From NCBI GenBank assembly GCA_963710455.1, contig CAVQAG010000005.1:24020-88019 (forward strand): 64,000 bases of DNA, given 5' to 3'. A program made the position numbers and the translations under genes. Under the pieces are notes generated by a model. That model had not been told where the DNA came from. It saw nothing but the letters and a program-made list of their open reading frames with translations, and searched no databases. The stretch comes from an uncultured delta proteobacterium. GTDB taxonomy: Bacteria; Desulfobacterota; Binatia; Binatales; Binataceae. Of this stretch, positions 17,322 through 24,988 are shown piece by piece (position 1 is the stretch's first letter; each line of letters opens with the position of its first letter).

Positions 17322-17350
17322 TTGACTTTAGTTAAGAACTAAACTATTTA
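17322..17350 (+). promoter_or_regulatory. sigma-70-type promoter overlapped by a MarR-type palindromic operator
   Basis: TTGACT (17322-17327), a 17-nt spacer, then TATTTA (17345-17350). The perfect palindrome TTTAGTT-AAG-AACTAAA at 17327-17343 lies 40 nt upstream of the marR-like start. Confidence 0.55.
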
Positions 17351-17384
17351 TGGGTTTACTATCCTGGAGCGGAGTGATTACGCC

Positions 17385-17927
17385 ATGCCGAAAGATTCCG
17401 CAAACAGCGAACGCCGCGCGCTCGCAGCGCTGATGGCGCAGAAGCAGAAGCTGCCGCACGTGGCCGCGACGAAGTTGCTGATCAGGGCCGGGTTTCTCTT
17501 CACCAACGGCACCGTCCGCCCGTACCACAAGCTCGGCATGAACGTATCGCAGGTGGACGTGCTCGCCGCCCTCGCTCAATCTGAAAGCGCCAGCCTCAGC
17601 TGCTCGGAAATTGCCCAAGCAACCCTGATCACCAAGGGCGGTATAACCGGCATTCTCGATCGGCTCGAAGTCCGCGGATTGGTGCAGCGATTACCTTCGC
17701 GTGACGACCGCCGCAGTATCCGGATCCAGCTGACTGAGAAGGGCCTCGAATTCTGCCGCGCGCTCTTTCCGCAGCTCGCTGAGAGCAATGAGGAAATTTT
17801 CGCGCGAGCGCTGAAACCCGAACAGCTCAAACAATTGACCAAACTCCTCACCCTGCTCGTCCAGAGTATGGAGACTGATAGCGAAAGCGCATCGGAGCCG
17901 GCCTATAGACATGAACCAATTTCATAG
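17385..17927 (+). CDS. MarR-family transcriptional regulator
   Basis: The winged HTH reads VDVLAALAQSESASLSCSEIAQATLITKGGITGILDRLEVRGLVQRLPSRDDRRSIRIQLTEKG. Confidence 0.9.
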   Translation: MPKDSANSERRALAALMAQKQKLPHVAATKLLIRAGFLFTNGTVRPYHKLGMNVSQVDVLAALAQSESASLSCSEIAQATLITKGGITGILDRLEVRGLVQRLPSRDDRRSIRIQLTEKGLEFCRALFPQLAESNEEIFARALKPEQLKQLTKLLTLLVQSMETDSESASEPAYRHEPIS

Positions 17928-19143
17928 CGGTGAAAAGCTCCCGATCGGCGACTCAGGCCAGGGCGCTGAGCGGGAGACCTCCGTTCCCGAAGACACGGAT
18001 CTCGAAGACACGGATCTCCACGAGGAGATCGGAAGGTTGCGAATCCGATTGGAGCGGCTGGAAGCCTTCCAGCGATCGCCATGGTCGGATGAACCAGATT
18101 CGGCCGACGAAACGGCGGAAGAAGATCACCCCGATCAGCCGAGCGCTCCAGTAGAGCGCAATGAGCGGCGCCGACCGGGTCCGATGCGGCTGCTCTTCGT
18201 GGCGATTGTTGCCGCAATCCTCTGCGTTGGCGGATTTCGATTCTGGAGATATCTCGAATCGTATCAGAACACCGACGATGCGGAGGTCGATGGTTACCTC
18301 GATCCGATCAGCTCGCGGATCAACGGAACCGTCATTGCGGTCGACGTTGACAACAATCAAACCGTCAAAGCGGGCCAGCTGCTGGTCCAGCTCGATCCGC
18401 GCGACTATCAAGTCGCGGTCGAGCAGGCGCGGGCGCAGCTGGCGCAGGCGCAAGCCGATCTCAATTCTGCCCGCCAGAATTACGTGTCGGCCGTCGCGAC
18501 GATTCGCGAGGCCCAGGCGCAGAACTATCTCGCCCAGCGAAACGCGGAGCGCTATTCGCAGCTGATCAGGCAGAATGTCGTCTCGCAATCCGAGTTCGAT
18601 CAGTACTACTCGACCGCTCGCGCGCAGGCCGCAACGGTGAAGGTTGACGAAGCTGCGGCGGCGAGCGCGCAACGCACGATCGCGTCGAACGGGGCGCAGG
18701 TGCAGGCTGCCCAGGCCGCGCTCGATCAGGCGGAGCTCAATCTCACCTACACCCGAATCACCGCTCCTGCCGATGGGATTATCGGCAATCGCAGCGCAGA
18801 GCTCGGACAGCGCGTGCAGCCGGGACAGACCCTGATGGCGCTGACCCAGGTGAAAAATCTGTGGGTCACCGCGAACTTCAAGGAGACCCAGCTCGCGCGG
18901 ATGCGCCCGGGTCAGCCCGTGGTGATTCATGTCGATGCGCTCGGTCGTGACTTCAAGGGCCATGTCCAGGATATGCCGGGCGCGACCGGATCGCTTTACG
19001 ACCTGCTTCCACCGGAAAACGCAACCGGTAACTACGTCAAGATCGTTCAGCGCCTGCCTGTGCGAATTCTCTTCGACCGCGGGCAGGATCTCTCGCAGCT
19101 GCGGCCCGGAATGTCAGTTGAGCCAAAGGTATGGCTACGCTGA
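17911..19143 (+). CDS. emrA: HlyD/EmrA-family membrane fusion protein
   Basis: YQNTDDAEVDGY...VKAGQLLVQLDPRDYQVAVEQARAQLAQAQADL...LNLTYTRITAPADGIIG...NLWVTANFKETQL...NYVKIVQRLPVRI. Confidence 0.9.
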   Translation: MNQFHSGEKLPIGDSGQGAERETSVPEDTDLEDTDLHEEIGRLRIRLERLEAFQRSPWSDEPDSADETAEEDHPDQPSAPVERNERRRPGPMRLLFVAIVAAILCVGGFRFWRYLESYQNTDDAEVDGYLDPISSRINGTVIAVDVDNNQTVKAGQLLVQLDPRDYQVAVEQARAQLAQAQADLNSARQNYVSAVATIREAQAQNYLAQRNAERYSQLIRQNVVSQSEFDQYYSTARAQAATVKVDEAAAASAQRTIASNGAQVQAAQAALDQAELNLTYTRITAPADGIIGNRSAELGQRVQPGQTLMALTQVKNLWVTANFKETQLARMRPGQPVVIHVDALGRDFKGHVQDMPGATGSLYDLLPPENATGNYVKIVQRLPVRILFDRGQDLSQLRPGMSVEPKVWLR

Positions 19144-19303
19144 CTGACAAGGCTGCTTCATCTGCGCCGCCGCCGCCGCTACAGTTCGGGCGAATCGCGC
19201 GCCGCTGAAGGGGCGCACTTCCGATGCTTCGCGCCGGAACGTATCGGGTGCGACGCTGGCGCCTCAACTTCAGCTGCCCGAGCACAATCCATGGGCGATC
19301 GCG

Positions 19304-20833
19304 ATGACGGTGACGCTCGCCACCTTCATGGAGGTGCTCGACACCAGTATCGCGAACGTTGCCCTGCCGCATATCGCGGGGGCGCTTTCGGCGAGCGTCG
19401 ATGAGAGCACGTGGGTGCTCACCTCGTATCTCGTTTCCAACGCGATCGTGCTGCCGATGAGCGCGTGGCTTTCAACGAGAGTCGGACGCAAGCGCTTCTA
19501 TATGAGCTGCGTCGCGCTGTTCACCGTTAGTTCCTTTTTGTGCGGCATCGCTCCCAGCCTCGGCGCGCTGATTTTCTTCCGCGTGCTTCAAGGCGCGGGC
19601 GGAGGAGGTCTACAGCCGAGCGAGCAGAGTATTCTCGCCGACACTTTTTCGCCGGCGCAGCGTGGCATGGCGTTCGCGATCTATGGGATGGCGGTGGTGC
19701 TGGCGCCGGCGCTCGGCCCCACGCTGGGCGGATGGATCACCGACAATTACGAGTGGCGCTGGATTTTCTTCATCAACATTCCGGTCGGAATCATTTCGCT
19801 GCTGCTGACGCATCGGATGATCCAGGATCCGCCGCATCTGATCCGCGAGCAGCAGCAGGCCCGGCGCAATGGAGTGCGGATCGATTTCATTGGACTCGCA
19901 TTGCTCGCGCTGACCTTCGGCCCGCTCCAGGTAGTGCTGGACAAGGGCGAAGAGGACAACTGGTTTCAATCCCACTTCATCGTGGCGTTCGCGGCGATCG
20001 CAGTGGCGGCGTTCGTGATCGGGATTATTTGGGAGCTCTACCAGAAGCATCCCATTGTCAATCTGCGTCTTTATAAGAATCGCAATTTTGCGGTTGCGAG
20101 CGTGCTCATGTTCTTCTTCGGGTTCCTGCTTTACGGTACGACCGTGCTGCTGCCGGAATTTGTGCAGCTGTTGATGGGTTACACCGCCGAACTGGCAGGA
20201 ACGATGCTTTCGCCGGGTGCGCTGCTGATCATGGCGTTGATGCCTTTGGTGGGCGTCCTCATCGCGCGAGTGGACGCCCGATGGATACTCGGGGGCGGTT
20301 TTCTGCTGCTCTCCTTATCGCTATTCCACATGACCGGGATCGACCTCCAAATCAGTTGGTGGAACGCGATGATGCTTCGTACCTACCAGTCGATCGCAAT
20401 CGCATTTCTGTTCGTGCCTATCAACACGGTCACCTATACGCGCGTAAGACCCGAGCAGAACAACCAGGTATCAGGGCTGATCAATCTCATGCGTAATATC
20501 GGCGCCAGCACCGGAATCTCGCTGACGGGCGCGATGGTGACCGAGCGTGGACAATTCCATCAGGCGCTGCTCGCGCAAAGCGCCACATCCTACAGTTCGC
20601 ACCTGCAGGGGGCGGTTCAGAAGCTCACGAGCCAGCTGGGACCTGCCGGGCTCAGCACGCCCGACGCAACTCATCAGGCGTACGGGCGCATCTACGCGGG
20701 CCTGGTGGCACAGGCGCAAACGCTCGCTTTCATTGATACGTTCTGGGTCATGGCGATAATTACGCTCTGCCTTGTTCCGCTGGTCTTTTGTCTGGCACGG
20801 CCCGAACGGGGCAAGACGGTGGCGGCGCACTAG
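19304..20833 (+). CDS. emrB: DHA2/EmrB-QacA family MFS drug efflux transporter
   Basis: LATFMEVLDTSIANVALPHIAGAL...TWVLTSYLVSNAIVLPMSAWLS..GRKRFY is the EmrB signature, with about 14 TM segments. The 5' end is uncertain: an ATG at 19131 overlaps the emrA stop but is in a different frame. Confidence 0.9.
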   Translation: MTVTLATFMEVLDTSIANVALPHIAGALSASVDESTWVLTSYLVSNAIVLPMSAWLSTRVGRKRFYMSCVALFTVSSFLCGIAPSLGALIFFRVLQGAGGGGLQPSEQSILADTFSPAQRGMAFAIYGMAVVLAPALGPTLGGWITDNYEWRWIFFINIPVGIISLLLTHRMIQDPPHLIREQQQARRNGVRIDFIGLALLALTFGPLQVVLDKGEEDNWFQSHFIVAFAAIAVAAFVIGIIWELYQKHPIVNLRLYKNRNFAVASVLMFFFGFLLYGTTVLLPEFVQLLMGYTAELAGTMLSPGALLIMALMPLVGVLIARVDARWILGGGFLLLSLSLFHMTGIDLQISWWNAMMLRTYQSIAIAFLFVPINTVTYTRVRPEQNNQVSGLINLMRNIGASTGISLTGAMVTERGQFHQALLAQSATSYSSHLQGAVQKLTSQLGPAGLSTPDATHQAYGRIYAGLVAQAQTLAFIDTFWVMAIITLCLVPLVFCLARPERGKTVAAH

Positions 20834-20846
20834 AGAGGTTGCAGCC

Positions 20847-21380
20847 ATGAGCTACTGCGAAATCGCGCCCGGCCATCCGTTCCACGGCCCCTATCACGAT
20901 CGCGAATACGGCTTTCCCACGCGCGCCGAGAGCAAGTTGTTCGAGCGCCTGGTCCTCGAGATCAACCAGGCCGGGCTTTCGTGGCTGACCGTATTGCGCA
21001 AACGCGAGGCGTTCTCCAAGGCCTTCGACGGCTTCGACGTCGACCGCGTGGCCGCGTATGGAAAGCGCGAACGTGCCCGTTTGCTGGCCGACGCCGCAAT
21101 TGTGCGTAACCGCCTCAAGGTCGACGCCGCGATCGAGAACGCGCGGCGAATCGCAGCGATGCGCGAGAACCATGGCGGATTCGCGCGATGGCTGGCCGCG
21201 AATCATCCGCTCGACAAGACCGAGTGGGTGAAGCTGTTCAAGCGCACCTTTGTTTTCACCGGCGGCGAGATCACCGGCGAGTTTCTGATTAGCATCGGCT
21301 ACCTGCCGGGCTCGCACGACGAGAGCTGCCCGGTCTACGCGAAGATCGCGGGGCTGAAGCCTCCATGGATGAACAAGTGA
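20847..21380 (+). CDS. tag: DNA-3-methyladenine glycosylase I
   Basis: YHDREYGFP...LFERLVLEINQAGLSWLTVLRKREAFSKAF...IVRNRLKVDAAIENAR is the Tag signature. The start is taken at MSYCEI (ATG 20847). Confidence 0.9.
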   Translation: MSYCEIAPGHPFHGPYHDREYGFPTRAESKLFERLVLEINQAGLSWLTVLRKREAFSKAFDGFDVDRVAAYGKRERARLLADAAIVRNRLKVDAAIENARRIAAMRENHGGFARWLAANHPLDKTEWVKLFKRTFVFTGGEITGEFLISIGYLPGSHDESCPVYAKIAGLKPPWMNK

Positions 21381-21479
21381 GCCGGTAATCGAGGGCGCCA
21401 TAGAGAGCTGCCCTTGACAGGAGAGGCTGGGATATGGATATTGAGAATCGTTCTCAATATCACCGTGGAGGGACCCAAA

Positions 21480-21824
21480 GTGTCTGCTCGCAAATTGCTG
21501 GTTCCCGCGCTCGCGGTTTTCGGGTTCATCGGCATCGCAAACGCTGCCGCCAAGGCCGACAGCAAATCTATCGAGTTGCGTTACGAGAACCGTTGCTTTT
21601 CGCCGGCCAACCTTAATGTACCCGCTGGAGAAGCCCTGACGATCAAGGTCGTTAATACGAGCAACGAGACGATAGAATTCGAGAGCTTCCGGCTCAACCG
21701 GGAAAAGGCCGTCCAGCCCGGCGAGGCTATCGTCGTGCACCTGCCAGCGCTCAGTCCCGGCAGCTACGATTTCTACGATGACTTTCACCAGGACGTTCCG
21801 GAGGGCAGTATCGTCGCCAAGTAA
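21480..21824 (+). CDS. secreted cupredoxin-like domain protein
   Basis: GTG start after a GGAGGGA SD. The signal peptide reads VSARKLLVPALAVFGFIGIANAAA. The cupredoxin-like beta pattern reads FSPANLNVPAGEALTIKVVNTSNETIEFES...GSYDFYDDFH. Confidence 0.65.
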   Translation: MSARKLLVPALAVFGFIGIANAAAKADSKSIELRYENRCFSPANLNVPAGEALTIKVVNTSNETIEFESFRLNREKAVQPGEAIVVHLPALSPGSYDFYDDFHQDVPEGSIVAK

Positions 21825-21908
21825 CGAGGTGAGTGACTACTTCCCGATTCCGGCTTAGCGATTTGTTCGATTCTGGCAAGTTTTCAATCAGATGAAGTTC
21901 GATGAAAG

Positions 21909-22385
21909 ATGAGGAAGCCTGCGTTGGCGCTTCTGCTCGCACTAGCGGCCGCCGGCCTCGCGATGCAACTCATAATGGCCCGACGCATGACTCCGACGTC
22001 GCCGGGTTTGCCGCTATCCGATGACGATAACGTGGCACCGGCCCAAATCCAGGCGCTACTGAATCGCGCATGCTATGACTGCCATTCCAACCAGACCAGA
22101 TGGCCATGGTATAGCCGGGTCGTTCCGATTTCATGGCTGGTTGCGCGCGATGTGGCGTTAGGCCGCAAGGAACTCAACTTCTCGGAATGGGGCGCCTACT
22201 TCCCGCAAACGCGAATACGCAAGTTACAGTGGATGGGCCGCGTATTGCGCGAGCGCTCGATGCCGCCGGTGGCTTACCGCCTGATGCATCCGGGTGCGCG
22301 GCTCACTGCCGCCGAACGCGGGACGCTAGATCGATGGATCGAGTCTGAAATCTCGACCCTCACACCGCATACTGTCGCCAAATGA
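21909..22385 (+). CDS. haem-binding domain protein (CXXCH)
   Basis: It has a signal peptide and the motif NRACYDCHSNQTRWPWY (CXXCH). Confidence 0.75.
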   Translation: MRKPALALLLALAAAGLAMQLIMARRMTPTSPGLPLSDDDNVAPAQIQALLNRACYDCHSNQTRWPWYSRVVPISWLVARDVALGRKELNFSEWGAYFPQTRIRKLQWMGRVLRERSMPPVAYRLMHPGARLTAAERGTLDRWIESEISTLTPHTVAK

Positions 22386-23230
22386 CAAACCGCAGTCGAT
22401 CGGCTACTTGCGCTTCATTCCTGGTATTTGCCGTTATGCTGTTTTCCCATAGTGCGGCGGCACAAATCGATCCATGGGAATTTGAAGTTTATCCTTATGC
22501 GACGGAAGGGCGGGGAGTCCTCGAAATCGAAACCGACAACGCTGTAGTCGCCAATGGGCACAGCCAAGGTGGCAATGGAACCGCAAGTGGAACATTTCGA
22601 AGCCAGGGAATGTGGTACAACGGCAACGAATTCACATATGGGCTCACCGACCGGATCGAGGCCGCCGCGTATTTCGATTTTGCTCAACCCAGCGGCCATG
22701 GCTTCTGGTGGGCGGGTGACAAACTGCGTTTGCGTGGCAGGCTCTTCGATGAAGACGTGTTGCCCGTTAATCTTGGATGGTACGTTGAGCTTGAATGGCA
22801 CAAGACCCCGCAATTTGACGATGCGGACCTCGAACTCGAACTAAAGCCCATAGTTGAGAAAGACTTCGGGCGAGTCTCCCTGGTATTGAATCCACTTTTC
22901 GAGAAGCCTTTGTACGGGAGGGGGCACGATCTGGGCTTCGAGTTCGGCTATCGTAATGGCGCGTACTATCGTTGGATGCGCTACTTCTCGCCCGGAGTCG
23001 AGTTGTACGGCGGCGTTGGACTCATTGACGACAATGATCCACTCAGCGCGCAGCAGCATTACGTATTTCCCGTTGTATGGGGTCAGCTGCCCCATGGCCT
23101 CGAGTACAGCTTAGGTCCCGGGTTTGGGCTCACGCGCGGTTCCGACCGCGTGATCGTGAAATTCAACCTCGGAGTGGAAAAATTTGTCGGTACGCTCTTT
23201 AGTCACTCCGAAGCGAGCTGGGTTTTTTAG
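22382..23230 (+). CDS. putative outer-membrane beta-barrel protein
   Basis: The signal peptide ends AAAQ. The sequence has an alternating amphipathic pattern and a C-terminal aromatic residue (SWVF). Its start overlaps the previous stop (ATGA). Confidence 0.55.
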   Translation: MTNRSRSATCASFLVFAVMLFSHSAAAQIDPWEFEVYPYATEGRGVLEIETDNAVVANGHSQGGNGTASGTFRSQGMWYNGNEFTYGLTDRIEAAAYFDFAQPSGHGFWWAGDKLRLRGRLFDEDVLPVNLGWYVELEWHKTPQFDDADLELELKPIVEKDFGRVSLVLNPLFEKPLYGRGHDLGFEFGYRNGAYYRWMRYFSPGVELYGGVGLIDDNDPLSAQQHYVFPVVWGQLPHGLEYSLGPGFGLTRGSDRVIVKFNLGVEKFVGTLFSHSEASWVF

Positions 23231-23256
23231 AAGTCCAAAACCGGCATGGAGACCAC

Positions 23257-24132
23257 ATGAAAATTGGAGTGACTGCATTCCTTACCGAGAAATCTGGCAA
23301 TCCCGGAGTGATCGCGGCCACGGCCGAGCGCGTCGGATTCGAGTCGTTTTGGGTCGCCGAGCATCTGGTCATCCCGGCCGTTTACGCGACTTGCTATCCG
23401 CGCTCGGCCGACGGCAAGGTGCCCGAGTTTTACGCTCACCTGTCCGATCCGTTCGTCGCGCTGGCGGCGGCCGCGCAAGCCACCTCGCACATTCGCATCG
23501 GCACCAGCGTTTGTTTGCTGCCCGAACGCAATCCGATCGAAACCGCCAAGGCCGCCGCGACGCTGGATATGTATTCCGGTGGCCGGCTGATGTTGGGAGT
23601 TGGCGCGGGCTGGTTTCCCGAAGAGGCCGCGATCATGGGCGTCGACTTCAAGCGCCGCTGGCGTCATCTGCGCGAGTGCGTCGAGGCGATGCGCGAGCTA
23701 TGGGCCAAGCCCGAGGCGAGCTACGAGGGAGAGATCATCCGGTTCCCGCCAGTCAGGCTTTTTCCCAAGCCGATACAGAAGCCATATCCGCCAATTTTTC
23801 TCGGCGCGCACGATCCCGGGCCGGCTTTGAAACGGGTCGCGCGATGGGCGGACGGATGGATGCCGGGCGGGCTTAGCCCCGAGAAGGCCGAGGAGTGTAT
23901 ACCGCAGATCAAACGGATGGCGCGCGACAATGGACGCGACCCCGAGCGGATTGAGTTCTCGGTGATGCTCGGTATCGGCGCGCAGCAGGCACCGTCGGAC
24001 GACGCGCTCAAGCGTTATGCGGCAGCCGGCGTCAGCCGGGTGATAATCCTGGCGGGCGAGACTGCCGCGCGCGACGGCGTCGCTGTGGTCAAGGAACTGG
24101 CGCCGCTGGTTGAGCGTGCCGCGCGGATCTGA
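23257..24132 (+). CDS. LLM-class (luciferase-like) F420-dependent oxidoreductase
   Basis: AERVGFESFWVAEHLVIP...IRIGTSVCLLPERNPIETAKAAATLD..SGGRL.LGVGAGW...RWADGWMP. Confidence 0.8.
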   Translation: MKIGVTAFLTEKSGNPGVIAATAERVGFESFWVAEHLVIPAVYATCYPRSADGKVPEFYAHLSDPFVALAAAAQATSHIRIGTSVCLLPERNPIETAKAAATLDMYSGGRLMLGVGAGWFPEEAAIMGVDFKRRWRHLRECVEAMRELWAKPEASYEGEIIRFPPVRLFPKPIQKPYPPIFLGAHDPGPALKRVARWADGWMPGGLSPEKAEECIPQIKRMARDNGRDPERIEFSVMLGIGAQQAPSDDALKRYAAAGVSRVIILAGETAARDGVAVVKELAPLVERAARI

Positions 24133-24289
24133 GCGGCGGATTTTTCGCCCTTTCTAGCATCGATTTTCATGTGCTGCGGCGGCCTGATCGCGCGCGGCAC
24201 CCGGCCTTGTCGCGTCTTGCGGCCAGTGGCATAGTTGCCAAGAGAAATCTCCGCGCTTCAAAAAGCGCCTGCCCTCGGTATAGGAACAC

Positions 24290-24598
24290 TTGTCTATCGA
24301 AACGATCAAAATCGATCCGAACTCGGTTGTAGCCGCGGTTGCGGACCAGGTTTCCTGCGACCTCGAGGGCGAGGCTGCCGTCCTCAATCTCAAGACCGGC
24401 GTCTACTATGGACTCGACGACGTCGGGGCCTCGGTTTGGCGCATGCTCAATGAGCCGCGGCGCGTGGATGAACTGGTCGACGCGCTGCTCGGCGAGTACG
24501 AGGTGGATCGCGAGGAGTGCCAACGCGACGTGATCGCGTTGCTCGGCGAACTCGCCGTGCGCGGGCTGATCGAGATCAAGGACGGGGTCGAGGGCTGA
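24290..24598 (+). CDS. PqqD-family RiPP recognition element (lasso B1), copy 1
   Basis: VSCDLEGEAAVLNLKTGVYYGLDDVGASVWRMLNEPRRVDELVDALLGEYEVDREECQRDVIALLGELAVRGLI. The TTG start is the first start after the upstream stop. Confidence 0.85.
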   Translation: MSIETIKIDPNSVVAAVADQVSCDLEGEAAVLNLKTGVYYGLDDVGASVWRMLNEPRRVDELVDALLGEYEVDREECQRDVIALLGELAVRGLIEIKDGVEG

Positions 24599-24640
24599 GT
24601 GCTGATGTAACTCCAGTAACATCGATGTGGCGGAGGAGGT

Positions 24641-24949
24641 GTGATGGTGGTGGCGCAATTATCGCGAAACTCGGTCGTCGTGGCCTGCGAGGGCAACGCG
24701 TCGCGTGATCTGGAGGGCGAAGCCGGGGTTCTCATCTGCAAGGACGGCACGTACTACGGGCTCGAGGACGTCGGCGCGAAGATCTGGGCGCTCATTGCCG
24801 AGCCCCGCGCCGTAGGCGAGATCTGCGACACGCTGCTCGACGAATACGAAGTCGAGCCGGACGTCTGTGAACGCGACGTGATTGCGCTCGTCGGCGAACT
24901 TACCGCCAAGGGCCTCGCGCAGACCATAGATGCGGCACGCCTCAGTTGA
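24641..24949 (+). CDS. PqqD-family RiPP recognition element (lasso B1), copy 2
   Basis: ASRDLEGEAGVLICKDGTYYGLEDVGAKIWALIAEPRAVGEICDTLLDEYEVEPDVCERDVIALVGELTAKGL. A GGAGGAGG SD lies upstream. It is about 60% identical to copy 1 over the core. Confidence 0.85.
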   Translation: MMVVAQLSRNSVVVACEGNASRDLEGEAGVLICKDGTYYGLEDVGAKIWALIAEPRAVGEICDTLLDEYEVEPDVCERDVIALVGELTAKGLAQTIDAARLS

Positions 24950-24988
24950 TTTCTGCGGCGCTGCCTGGTCGGCGCGCCTGCGTGACTG

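Noticed and set aside
17953-18963. 336-aa minus-strand ORF
   Set aside because: It is antisense to the EmrA/HlyD gene, whose conserved motifs are on the + strand. It has Arg/Leu/Gly-rich shadow-ORF composition typical of high-GC DNA.
20760-21788. 342-aa minus-strand ORF
   Set aside because: It is antisense to tag and to the cupredoxin-like gene and spans an intergenic region. Shadow ORF.
24218-24232. Sigma-54-like TGGCAT...TTGC sequence upstream of the first PqqD gene
   Set aside because: The spacing between the GG and GC elements is 3 nt too short for a -24/-12 promoter.
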